Shown here piece after piece: positions 40,301 to 52,689 of a stretch of 64,000 nt of DNA (position 1 is its first letter; the number at the start of each line of letters is the position of its first letter). The notes below the pieces were generated by a model. The model was not told the origin of the DNA. It saw only the letters and a program-made list of their open reading frames with translations, and did no database searches. The DNA is from Camelus dromedarius (lineage: Eukaryota): contig NC_087444.1 of NCBI RefSeq assembly GCF_036321535.1, forward strand, positions 73,904,001 to 73,968,000, in the 5' to 3' direction. Position numbers and translations under genes: made by a program.

Positions 40301-42593
40301 GATACCCAGTGCATCTTGGGCCAGGGTACATGAAAAAAAAAAATTTAACCAAAAAGAAAGCTTTTTGAAACTTTATTACTAATAGTAATGATCTTTCCTA
40401 CAGTCAGTATATACTAGTTTTTTTGTGTTTGTTTGTTTTTGAGTAAAAGTAGATTTATTTAGAAAGGTATACACTCCCTGGACAGGGTGCAGGCCATCTT
40501 GGAGAGAGAGAGCCATACTAGTATTTTATATTCTGTTGCTTTATCTTATTTTTTAATATATTGGTTGTAACCCATCAAATTAATGATATGATCCATTGCT
40601 GGGTCATGATCTGAAAATGGAAAACACTAGTGCATTCTGTCCTGTACCTGGGACATTCCAGACGCCCGGGCGGTTACTTGTCCCTGTTTGAATGTCTTTG
40701 TTACCCAAGCAGCTGCTTTCCTTTTTCACCTTCACTGCTGAAAGGCATGCCTTATATGGAACCCAGGCCTGCCTCACTGATGCTTCCTTCCAGGCAGAGA
40801 GGCACTGAGGAGAGTGGAGAGGGCAGGGTCTGGAGTCAGTGGTGAGTCCAGCTCAGCTCTGCCCTTCCTTGCTGTCACCGTGGGCAGGTGACTCTGAGTT
40901 TGCTTTCCCATCTGAAGGAGACTCCCCTGCTCCTTAGGGCTGTCAGTCATTTGACTGCTGCAGGTACAGTTTTATATCCCAGGTGCTGTACTAGGTGCAG
41001 GTTACAGTGAGCAAAGCTAGATATTGTCCTGACTTGGATGATGCATCACAGGCAGGTGGGGGAGGCAGCTGTTAGTCAACTCACACAGCACATACAAAAC
41101 TGGAAACCCTACTTGAAGTTCTGGGAGGGACATGTTTGTGGTCTGTGAGCATTGGAGAGCGGCTTACCTTGTAGGTCAGGGAAGGCAGGCTGAGGAAGTG
41201 ATGTTTGGGTTAACATGTGAAGGGTAAGTAGGAGTGAACTAGACAAGGGAGATGAGATTCCATGGAACGAGGTGAATGATCCCAAAAACTGGGGCAGGAA
41301 GGAAATGGACATTATGAGGAAATGGGAAAATGCCTGGAACATAAAAGAGCCAGGGGCCCTTCTTTGGAAGATGGGAAGGAGCCAGTCACCCGATAGGGAG
41401 TGTGGCCCGTAGGCGGTGGGGAGCCAGTGAAGGCTGGGAAGCCGGCCACGTTTTCAGTTAGAAAGATTGCAGCAGCTTCGCGTTTGCGTGAGGATGAGGA
41501 TGACCAGAAAGGAGGGTTTGCCGGAAGGCTGTGTCGGACGTAGTGGTAAAGAATATGAGCTTTGGGGTCTCAGTACCAGGTGTTTCCCAGCCAGCGCTAG
41601 GGAAGCCTTGTGATCTGAGTGAGGTTGGCTGGTCATGTTAGAGGAGTCCGCGCTGTAGTCGGCGGCCGAGGGGGTGGTTGTCCTTCCCTTTGCTCTTTGC
41701 CACCCTCCCCACCCCTCCTGGGGTTCCCTGCCCAGACTGACCTGCTGTCTTCTGCCTCACCCCCAGGAGGTGGCCTCGGTGGTACCAGGAGAGGTGGGGC
41801 CGACGTGAACATTCGGCACTCGGGCCGGGACGACACCTCCCGCTACGATGAGAGGTGAGAGGGGGCAGCCGGCGTCCGGGGCCGGGGTGGTCGTGCTGGG
41901 GAGCCCTGCCGCAAACCTCTGCCCACCTCATCCAGGCCCGGCCCCTCCCCGCTTCCCCACAGGGACCGGGACCGGGACCGCGAGCGGGAGCGCCGGGAGC
42001 GAAGCCGCGAGCGAGACAAGGAGCGAGAACGACGACGCTCCCGCTCTCGGGACCGGCGGCGGCGCTCCCGGAGTCGCGACAAGGACGAACGGCGGCGCTC
42101 CAGGGAGCGGAGCAAGGACAAGGACCGGGACCGCAAGAGGCGAAGCAGCCGGAGCCGGGAGCGGGCACGGCGGGAGCGGGAGCGCAAGGAGGAGCTTCGT
42201 GGCGGAGGTGGAGGTGGCGGCGACATGGTGGAGCCCTCCGAGGCTGGTGACGCGCCTCCTGATGATGGGCCTCCTGGGGAGCTGGGTCCTGACGGCCCCG
42301 ATGGCCCTGAGGAGAAGGGCCGGGATCGTGATCGGGAACGACGTCGGAGTCACCGGAGCGAGCGGGAGCGGCGCCGGGACCGCGATCGAGACCGGGATCG
42401 GGAGCACAAGCGGGGGGAGCGGGGTGGTGAACGGGGTAGGGATGAGGCCCGAGGTGGGGGTGGCGGCGGCGGCCAGGACAACGGGCTGGAAGGTCTGGGC
42501 AACGACGGCCGAGACATGTACATGGAGCCTGAGGGAGGGGACGGCTATCTCGCTCCGGAGAACGGGTATCTGATGGAGGCTGCGCCTGAGTGA
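28397..42593 (+). CDS. SNRNP70: U1 snRNP 70 kDa protein, 440 aa, 9 coding exons
   Basis: Exons 28397-28543, 29917-29979, 30095-30149, 34587-34651, 34800-34862, 35547-35628, 38828-38929, 41767-41854, 41936-42593 total 1323 nt in frame. [18 protein letters not shown]..., RRM with KTLFVARV and [14 protein letters not shown]-rich tail ending YLMEAAPE*. Confidence 0.99.
28590..29150 (+). mobile_element. Cluster of MIR SINE fragments
   Basis: Repeated MIR cores (GCTGTGTGAACTTGGGCAAG, CTGAGTTTTTTCATTTGTAAAATTAGGAT). Similar fragments at ~31655, 39125 and 58090. Confidence 0.65.
40014..40104 (-). mobile_element. Very short L1 3' end with poly(A)
   Basis: Poly(T) followed by ATTGAGTTATAGTCAGTTTACAATGTTGTG, the reverse complement of the L1 terminus at ~20490. 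Confidence 0.8.
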
Positions 42594-42731
42594 AGAGAGC
42601 CTCGCAAGCCTCGGTTTGGACGTGTTCCTACCCACCCTGTTGCTGTCCTCTCCCCAACCTTCTTGGCCACCACCTAAGTTTGCTAGCCAAGGGTAGGAGT
42701 TTCCTCATTTGTTCTGGTCCCTTGGATTTAA

Positions 42732-42737
42732 AAATAA
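42732..42737 (+). terminator. SNRNP70 poly(A) signal AATAAA
   Basis: 139 nt after the stop, followed by a T/GT-rich tract. Confidence 0.9.
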
Positions 42738-45700
42738 AATTAATTTCTTGTTGATAATGGGCATTTGGTTTCTTCGCTGCTCTTACTGTCTTCCCCAGAA
42801 GGTTGTCACCTGATTTTTGATAGCCCTACCTTGCTTGATTTTCCAGGGCAAGCATAGAACTTGAGCTTTATGACTTAAGGCTGGGCCAGCCCAGTACACC
42901 AGAGCTGTTTACAGTGGGGCAAGGAAGCCCTCTGGAAGGGTCCTTGATCCTTTTATGTCTTTCTATTTTCACCTCTCTCACATCCCCTGTGGGACTATGC
43001 ATAACCCTGCCTTGGTTGGGGGATGGGGGGCTCTAGGCACTAGAAGACTCAGTAGAAACTACAACTCCATTGTGTGCAAGGGGAGCTGTTGTCTAAGTTG
43101 GAGAGCAGGGGAAAAGGTAAGGGAATGAAACATGAGAGCGAGATAAAAGGGTAAGATGGGGTAGAGCTGAAAGTCCTCACAGGGCCAGGATGGAGGAGGG
43201 CCTACAGTTCATGACTGCAGCTTCACCGACTGTTTTTCACATCTAGTGATAGGAGAGGAATAACGGGACAAGAGGTTCCGTCAGCAGTTGAGATGTTGAC
43301 ACATTCCCAGACTAAAGATTAAATAAGATGGTGGTGGGAAAGCTTCAGTCTGGTAACCATTTGAGAAGGAAGCCATTGGCCTTGCAGAGCCTCCAGAGGC
43401 CCAAGCCTGAAACTCCAGGTATAACAGGTAGGAGGCTGGAGCAGGATTTGTACCCAGAACAGTCTAGAAGCTGGACATTTGCTGCCTAGGCAAATATAAG
43501 ACCTACTTTTGTATTTCATTAGTTCCTCAGCCTAAAGGCAAACTTGGCTTGGTAACCCAGAGGCAGTCTGTCCGTGAAATCTGGCTGACATCCACCAGGA
43601 TTCTAGTATGCTATTTAACTGCCTCAATTTTTACAAACAACCAAAAATCCCAGACACTTGAAAAAGTCCTGCCAAAAGAGACCATAAGATAGAGAAACTG
43701 GTCCTGCAAGAACTTAATACCTCTAATTAGTGTTTTTTCATAGATATCCCAGGTGTTGAAACCAGACTACTGGAACTGGCTATGAAGAACAGCCCATTTT
43801 GGACTAACCTGGCACAGGCCACTTGTATAACGACTGGACAAAACACATAAAAGTGACGTGAAAGTCTTTGGGGAGTAAACAGTATAGGCCAGACTCGAGG
43901 CAGGTCTGAACCCCAAGAAAAGGAAAGCATGCAGAGGTGACTAATATTTTCTCTTGCTTTTTCTTTGAGGACATCTGCCCATTTAGCATGACAGAGTAGA
44001 CTCAGAAAGTGGCAGTCCTCAGCTGGGCTAAGTTCACAGAGGTTGGACCAGACAGCTGGGACTTGAGCCCCAGAATCTACCTGCAATCTTTCCTCTAGGC
44101 ATTTGCTAGCTCCTCAGCTGTGCGTTGTCGTTGCAAGACCCCTCCAAGGGCTCCTCAGCAATGACGGAGGCTAAGCTGCTGAGCAGAGATCTGAGCCATG
44201 TAGACCGGGGCGGGGGTTGGGGCAGGTTAGGGTTCAAGTCCTGCTGTGGTGGAAGGAGGCTGTGCTTGAGACCCCCCAGAGTGCCACAGTGTTGGAGTTA
44301 GGCCGCCAGTTAAATAGACCAGGCCTAAGAAAGCCTAGAACCAGACCTCATCAGGATGTATGTGATTTACCTGCCAGAAGACAATTTAAGCTTCTTTGGA
44401 AGAAGCTAGAGCCTCTGGTTTTTTGTACACAATGCTTAGCATCTACTCATAGAGAAAAAAATAGTCAATAGAAACAGACCCAGGCATGATTCCAAGGTTG
44501 GAATTAAGAGAGACTAAAATAACTATGTTGAAAGAAATTGAGATTGTGATGAAAGAAACAAAAGTAGTTAGACATTACAGAAAAAAACAGAAGCTGTTCA
44601 AGGTAGGAAATGTCACAGAACACTACTTGAGCTCTACAGTAAACCGAAAGTACTTAGACATAATGTGAGCACTTTATTGACTGATCTAAGAACTGGGACC
44701 ATAAAGCAACCACAGGAAGAGAGGGGCAAGGTTGTAAGGGTGGAAAATCAATATGTAATATATTGCTAACATCTAAAATTTAAAAATTGGAGAAATGCTA
44801 TGTTATTTAGATACAGAAGCAACCAGTAGATGAAACATCTATACCCTGTTGCCTCTTGCAGTGAGGAGGGTTAGGAACAGGGACAGAGGTTGGTGCTTGG
44901 CAACTTCAGTCCTTCTGTATTATTTGGTTTTGTTTTTAACTGTAAATGTTATTATTAAAATAAGAGAAAAATATGAAGGACAGAGGGACAGACAAACCTT
45001 CTCTAGTCCTCTCATTTTGCAAAAGCCCTTTTCTGGACTCTCCATCCTACCAATGGTGACGTTAACTGAGGATGTACTTTACCCATTCAGCTAATAGTGA
45101 AATAACACCAGACTTCTCCAGTATTGTCTACATCTACATTTTTTTGGCCTCTCAAGAGCATCTGATGCCACAGCCCACTTCCTCTTTCAGAAACTCTTCT
45201 CATGGTTTCTCCCACCTACTTTTCCTCCTACCTTTCTAGCCATTCTTTGATTTCTTCCTGGCTTTTACATGTTAGGAGTTTTGAGAACTCTGTCCTAGGT
45301 CCTCTTCATTCTAGGTCCTCTTCATTCTATGTTCTCTTGCCTCCAGCATTCCTGTCTACTCCTATGGTTTTATTAACCACCTCTGCCCAAATTCTCAAAA
45401 CTGCATGCAGGCCTTGGATATTACACAGGCTCTTCAAAGTCAGAATATCCCATATCCCACCACCAGCATAGACCATTTTTAGCAAAAGGCCCACAGGCGA
45501 CTTAATACCCACCTTCTCCACCTCCCAGTCCTTGTATACAGTTAATCACCAAGACACATTTCCAAATCTGTCCATCTGTCCTCCATGCCTCTGCCCTTGT
45601 CCCAGTCATCATGGCCTCCTGATCGGTCCCTCTGCTCCCACGCTTGCTCCCATCCAATCCAGTCTCCCCGTAGTGATCTTAAAATACATATTTGAATATC

Positions 45701-46369
45701 ACATTTTACTCTTCTGAGTTACCATGAAGTTCAAAATCCTCAACACGAGTATGCCAACACACAAGGCTGTCCATCTTGCCAACCTTTTCACCTTCATCAT
45801 AAACTACTCTAATCCTTACTCTGCTGTCCAGTCATGTGGGCTCCTCCTGCTTGGAAAATGACCCACGCCCCACCTCTTGATGATCTTACCTCCAAGGACT
45901 CTGTCAGTGTCCCTAGATCGTCATCTCCCTGCTCCCAATTCTGATCACAGTCATGGTTAGTTGTCTACCTCCCCTCGCTCACAGACTAAGCTCCGGGAGG
46001 GCAGTGGACTTATCCGCCCTGCTCAGTGTCGTATCCATCGTCTTGGGCCCAGATGTTAACATAAGTTTGTCCAACGAATGTGGGGGGAAAATGATAGGCA
46101 GGGGACAGACAGATGTGGCAAGCAAGACAGGCTGAGATGGAAGGTGGTGCAGACAGACAAAGGCTGCAGTAGGAGGGGTCACAAACCCAACAGACCGATG
46201 GGGTCTGAGAGCAGGGCTCCAAGACCCATGCGGCTGCAGGTGGGGCGGTGCACACGCCAGGCCACGCCTCCGCAGGGGGGGGTGCTCGTCGCCGGGGCGT
46301 GGCCTCGCGCAGCCCCTCCCTCCTCGCCGGCGACTGGGAAGGCGGGTGCCTTGCAGCGGCCGCGCGGAC

Positions 46370-49300
46370 ATGGCTGCGCTGGTGGAGCCGCTGGGGCTGG
46401 AGCGGGGTAAGCGCGCCAGGGGGCCCTGCCCACCCGGTCGCGGCCTGCGTCCCAGACCCGGGTCGCCGTCCCTACCACTGCAAGGCCCAGGCGGGTGGGC
46501 GGACCCGGCGGGGGTGGGCGGGGCGGGGCACCGAGAGTGGGGCCGTCGGTGGGTGTGGGAGGGTCCGTGGGCGAGCCAGCTAGGGAGGGGGCGTCTGCTG
46601 CACACCCCTGCCTGTGTGTGTGTATGGGGATCTTGGGGACGCAGTGCGCCCGGCTGGCTGCAGTCTCTTCCCCGCCACTGGTGACTCTGCGGGTGTCCGA
46701 CTGGGACTCGGCTGTCCTTCCCGGGGTCTGCGCTCGCCCTTACTTGGTCTCTGGCCGCATCTCTACGTGTTTCTCTGCGTCTTCTTGTCTCTGACTCTGG
46801 GTCTATGCTCCCCGCCCCCGCTCCACAGACGTGTCCCGGGCGGTGGAGCTCCTCGAGCGGCTCCAGCGTAGCGGGGAGCTGCCCCCGCAGAAGCTGCAGG
46901 CCCTCCAGAGAGTCCTGCAGAGCCGCTTCTGCTCAGCCATCCGGGAGGTGAGAGCAACGCAGCGCCGAGGCACGAGCGGGCGGCCGTAGTCCTCCTGGTC
47001 GCCCCGAGCCCGGGGACTACGTCTCCCAGCAGCGACCGGGGCGGCCCTCCTTGAGGTGCCGACGCTTCAGCTCAGGGGTTCTTTGGGAGTTGTAGTTTCT
47101 GCGGCCTCCCGGTTGCGGGGGCGGGGCGGATCCCTGGGTGGGCGGGTCTGCGGGCCTGGACTCAGTGTAGAAGGGAGGAGGGGCCTGGCGGCTCCCTGAG
47201 GCTGCTGCGTCCTCACCAGGTATATGAGCAGCTCTATGACACGCTGGACATCACCGGCAGTGCTGAGATCCGGGCCCACGCCACAGCCAAGGTAGGTGTC
47301 CCCCACCCACCCCATTGCCCATGGTACCCACTGAACCACATGGGTTAGTTCAGTATCTTCCTAACGTCAGTCATTCCTGATTTCTGATCCTCTTTTCTGA
47401 GTTTTGCCAAATCTACATACCACCCTTACTATTGTTTATAATTTATTTTAAGTAATCTCACATTTTTAGCTTAAATGTCATATAAAGGCATCTTTAACCA
47501 CTACAACTGGAAACTAGTACTGCATGCCTGACTAGAAGATAGCCTTAAACATTCATACAATGAAAACAGTGAAGTAGCATTAAACACTGAAATTTTATCA
47601 GACTTATTAGATGCAAGTTCTTGCTGCTTCCTGGAGGCTCTCGGCTCTGTCCAGGCCTTGCTTTTCTCTTTAAAAAGCGATATTGGCAAGTGCTGAGTAT
47701 TCAGGACAACACCCTCACACCAAATGGAGACTTTCTCTTTGACAGTCTGAAGTGTCCAAAGTGACTAAAAGGGACATACTATCACTACCAAGTCATCTTG
47801 TGTTGAATTGTAGCAGGCGTTCTGTGCTTGAGGAAAGCTGTTTGGCCTAAATCCCTCTCCCTGGTGCAGATTCTCCACCTTCGTTGGCCTGCCCATCATG
47901 GAGGGGCCCTCATTTCCTGAGGTTTTCTTTTTCCTAGGCCACGGTGGCCGCCTTCACAGCCAGTGAGGGCCATGCACATCCTAGGGTAGTGGAACTGCCC
48001 AAGACAGATGAGGGCCTGGGCTTCAATATCATGGGGGGCAAGGAGCAGAATTCGCCCATCTACATTTCCCGTGTCATCCCTGGAGGCGTGGCTGACCGGC
48101 ACGGAGGCCTCAAGCGTGGGGACCAGCTGTTGTCAGTGAATGGTGTGGTGAGTAGGGGGCTGAAGCAGGGCTGGGATCCCAGTCTGTCTAAGGTAGCACA
48201 GTCCCTGTTTTTGACATTCATTCAATGCACACTGACAGAGCACTGCCTCTGTGTCCAGCCCTATGCTGGGCATTACTGCAGACTCTGAGAGTAATTGACC
48301 TCAGCTCCTACATTCAAGGACTTCCCCTCTCTAGTGACAGAGATAGACTCTGACCAAAAGAATTCTAAACCAGGAAGATAATAATGAGGAAGCACAAAGC
48401 ATTGTGAGAGCCCAGATATGGCACCAGACTGCTGTAGATGTGGGAAGTTGAAGGGACATTTGAGTTGGGTTTTGTAGGATGAGTAGGAGTTCTCCAGGCA
48501 AATAAGTTGAAGAAAGGTGTTACTGGCTGAAGATGTGATAGGTAGGGGCTGTGACTCTGCTTTCCTATGAGCTGAGGAGAAAGGGCTTGGTTCCGATGGA
48601 GGACTGGGGCATGCAGGTAATTAAAATTGCTGTGGTTAGAGTAGATGGGGACACAGCTGGATAGGTGGTTGGGGCCAGCCATGCAGGGCCTCATTGCCAG
48701 CCTGAGAAGCTGGGACTTTGTCTCAAGGGTTCTGGGGACCCATGGAAGGGCTTTGAGTAGGGGAAGGGTAGGCTCAGCCTGGAGACCTAGAAAAACCTCT
48801 TTGGGACTCTGGAGGGGATGGACTGAGGGAAGAGACTGGAGGCCAAAAGGCCAAGGAGGAGGCTGGTAGGGTGAGAGTCCACAGGGGGAGAGAATGAGGC
48901 CTGAGCTGGGCCTGGTGGTGGGAACAGAGAAGAGGTAGTCTGGGCAGGAGGGATGGGGCTGGGGGCAGGGGATAAAGATATGGGCCTGGAGGTCTGGCTC
49001 AGTGACTGAAGGCTAACATGGGGCTTGTCCCTGACATGGGGAACTTGGAAGGTTTGGGGGAAGGACACTGAGCCAAGAGCTAGTGACTGTCCCATGAGGA
49101 TGTGAGGCCTTGGCATCTTGGGGCAGGTACCAGTCTCACCAACTGTTGGTCCCATTTCCAGGGCTGGGGCTGGGTGAGGGTGGTGGGCCCCAGGCCCAGC
49201 TGTCTGTGCACCGCCCCTGCAGAGCGTTGAGGGTGAGCAGCATGAGAAGGCAGTGGAGCTGCTGAAGGCTGCCCAGGGCTCCGTGAAGCTGGTGGTGCGT

Positions 49301-49760
49301 TACACACCTCGGGTGCTGGAGGAGATGGAGGCCCGCTTTGAGAAGATGCGCTCTGCCCGCCGACGCCAACATCAGAGCTATTCGTGAGCCCTTTGCCACA
49401 GCACCCCTGGGGCCTCTACTGCCTGCCTCCCTTATCCCCAGACTCCCCAAGCCAGGCCAATGACTTCTGAGACCTTGATTGCCTCCCCCAGCCCTGGCTC
49501 CTTCCCCTGGGATTCTGACTTTTGATCCAGGCCATTCTTTTACCCCAAGCCATTCTGCCTTAATACTTTGGGGGCTCCTAGCTCACTCCCATACCAAGAT
49601 CGGGAACCTACTCTCTCAGGAATCCCTCAACCCACTTCCCTGGGCCCTTGGCTCTGGAACCCCAGCCCCAGCTCTCTCCCATGCCTCCTCCCCTCCCCTC
49701 CCCTGAGCCTGGCTCCCCTCTCTTTACCCTCCTTGCAGGTCCTTGGAGTCTCGAGGCTGA
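46370..49760 (+). CDS. LIN7B: Protein lin-7 homolog B (L27 + PDZ), 206 aa, 6 exons
   Basis: Exons 46370-46406, 46829-46947, 47220-47291, 47938-48147, 49223-49383, 49739-49760 total 621 nt. [25 protein letters not shown]..., [23 protein letters not shown], ending SLESRG*. Confidence 0.99.
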
Positions 49761-50149
49761 AACCACAGATCTGGACCCCCTCCCTAACTCCCTCCCCTGT
49801 ACAGTATTTATTGTCACCAGCTCCTTATTTAAAGATCTTTAACCCTCACTGAGCGTCCGTGTCTGTCCAGCATTCGGGGTTTAGAGTGTCTGGAGATGTG
49901 GGGGAAGGAGAGAAGCTGAGGTCGAGACCAGACCCTGAAGAAGCCCTTTTAGAGTCTGACAGCAGAGGTAGAGACTTTCCCCCAGGTCCAAAGGCAGAGG
50001 CTGTCGAGCTTCCTAGTGACAAGTCCAAGGGTGGAGGTTGGGACCCAGCCTGGGTCCAAGTGCAGAGTCAGAGCTGAAACCAACGCCCCCTACCCTTCAG
50101 AGATTCTGAGGGCGGAGGTCGAGCCCCCTTCCTCCGCAGATGATCGGAC

Positions 50150-51108
50150 GGAGGAGTTCTGAATCGCCGCGAGTCAGTGGGCGGCCTCTGTGTGGGCGGG
50201 GCGGAGCGAACCATTAGCCTGGTCCGCCGGGGGAGCCCTGCCGGCCATACAATCGTCCGCGTGGGAGGCAGGGGTGGGGGGTGCCACGTGCAGTTCCCGA
50301 GGCGGGCGCAAGGGGTGCAGAATAAGGTGTACTCGTCAACCTAGTATTCACTCCACCTTCCAACCTGAGCGCGTGTCCCAGGAGGCGCCCCCGCCTTAAA
50401 ATCCATCCTTTACTCTCACCTCGCCGCCAGCCCAACCCTCCCGTCCCGTGCGGCGCGAGGGCCGGCGCGCGCTACCGCCGGAATCTGGGGTCGCGACTCG
50501 CGTTCCACGCCGCGCGCCACTCGCTCCAGGTGACATCATCCCCCTGCCGGGCTCCGCCTCCCGCCCCAGCCGCCGCACGCCGCGTGCCTATTGGCCGACG
50601 CACCTTGAACCCCGCCTCCCGCTCTCCGCCCGCGCGACCCCTCCCAGCCAGTGCAGAGGTGGAGTTTAGCCGCCGGCCGGCGCCGACATCGCCTCCCATT
50701 GGCCACTGGGCGCCGTCCGTCAGTCTTCTGTTAAAGGGCCCACGACCGCCCGGGAGCTGGTGTGGGGGGGAGGAGGGAGGAGGAATTTTTTGGCGGGGGA
50801 AGGTGGGATTTTGGGGGCGCTGGTGAGCACCCCTGGATCTGGCGGCTGCGGCCTCGCGGGGGGAGGCTGAACGGTGACAGGGGCAGGGGTCTATTTTAGT
50901 GGGTAGAGGATTGTGAGACTGTGAAGGGGAGGGGGGTCCCCAGCGCCCAAGCCAGAGCAAGAGACGCGGAGCCCGCGCGAGCGGCAGAAACAGGGCTCCG
51001 GCACCACAGATCCGGGCCCCGGCCGCCGCCAGGGGCCCCGCCCGGTCCCCCCACCCCACCCCACGTCCCTCCTGCAGCCCAGCTCCGCCCGCAGCCGCCG
51101 CGGACCAG
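50150..51108 (+). promoter_or_regulatory. PPFIA3 CpG-island promoter and non-coding exon 1
   Basis: CpG-dense island with GC and CCAAT boxes; donor CAG|GTAGGT at 51108/51109, with a tandem TAG|GTAAGA 4 nt downstream. Confidence 0.7.
50161..50419 (-). pseudogene. Non-coding segment homologous to the human C19orf73 ORF, with disablers
   Basis: GTG AGA GTA AAG GAT GGA TTT TAA GGC GGG GGC versus recalled human MRLKVGFQGGG; ALRLEGGV..PYSAPL, PPRELH and PAGLPRRTRLMVRSAPPTQRPPT fall in different frames. Confidence 0.65.
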
Positions 51109-52689
51109 GTAGGTAAGAGCCCAGCCCGGCCCGCCTGGCAGCCCCCACCTTGGGGACCCTTCGCCGAGCTTCCCTCGCCTTCCCGAAAACCTGGATAGCT
51201 TTCTTCATCCCCGGGGACCTCAGAGCCCAGATTTCACAGCCCGACCCCAGAGACTCAGGCGTGCCCCTCCCGGCTCTCTGAGTCCCCAACCGAACCCTAG
51301 AATCCCAGGCGTACTGCCGCCTTGCTCCTCCTCCGGAGCCCCAGGAGCCTGGGTTTCCCAATTCAGCCCCAGAAACCCCCTCTGGACCTAGATCCTCCTC
51401 CTCGGCCCAGTCCTGGCAGCTCCAGACACCGGCCGCGTCTGTGTCAGACTCCCCCGTCTAGGGCCGGCCGCCCCCCCTTCCGCCCTGTCGCGTCTGCATA
51501 GTCCCCCATTCACCGACCCCTTCTGCCCATCTCCGGTCCTCCGGCTTGAACAACCGGTCGAGTCCCTCAGTCCAGGCCCGCTCCGCGGCCGCTCTGGACA
51601 CAGGCCCGCTCTGGAGCTGTCCATGGTCACTGTTCTCGGCAGCCTCGCCTCCCCCATCTCCTGCTGCCTTCGCCGGGGAGGGGGCGCCGGCTGCTCGGGG
51701 ATCCCCCCGCCGCGCCTTTGACCCGGGGATACCCGGGCCCTCCCCGATTCGAGGACCGGGGCCTCAGGTTCTGCTGCCTAGGCTCTCAGCCCTGGCAGTC
51801 CTCAGCGCCCCAGGTTTCCAAGACCCCAGCTGCTTCTTGAGGAGTCAGGGCTTCTGAATGTTCCTGTCTGGTCCACCTTAGGAATCTTGGCATCCGAGAA
51901 TCCAGCTCCCACCTGGCTCTGGGAGCCCTGTCAGTCTTCACTTCCTCTGGCTAAAGGCCCCAGCTGGTAGCCCTCATCCCTCAGGATCTAAAAATCCAGT
52001 TTCCCAGCCTCTGCCTCCTTTAGAGACCCACTTCAACAGCCCCTGTTCCCCTCAGATAAATATACCCAGCCTCCTGGCACCCTAGCATCTGCTCTCTTAG
52101 GGATTCAGGCGCCATGACTCTCTCTCTTTCAGGGACTCAGAATGCAATTCTTAAAGCAGTTCTCTGGTTTCCGCCCACCCTCCCCCTTGGAGACCTAGAG
52201 GCCTTGTCCCTGATCCTGCCTCTCCTCAGGGACCCAGGAGTTCAGTACCCACTTTCTGTACTGCCCCCCAAAGCCAACTACCCCTGCCCTCCCTTCCAAC
52301 AAGGACTCGAGCTCCAAACTTCCATCTCCTGTCCTTTGTCGCCACAAAGATCCTGGAGTCCAGTTCCCCAACTCTGCCTGCATTCCCCACACCAAGTACC
52401 TAGCCCCTCAGCTCTTACTCTTAGGGACCCAGATCCCTACAGCTTCACCATCGCCCATCAACTTGACATCTATGGTGGCCTTGAAAAAAACCCCACTTCA
52501 TCCCCATATCTCAGATTCTGGGTTCCCTACTTTCTCCCCAGAGACCCCTGAGCTTCTTGAGATGTTTCCAGTACCCCATCATGATGTTTTCTTATCCTGA
52601 GTGATGTCCCATCCTTCAGGTACACTCTCAGGCTGATGAACCAAACATACATCCCTTCCTCAGATGTGTTCTATGGCCTAGGCTCATTT

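Noticed and set aside
41638-42635. Multiple long antisense and alternative-frame ORFs over the SNRNP70 last exon
   Set aside because: Shadow frames of the GC-rich Arg/Asp/Glu/Ser repeat.
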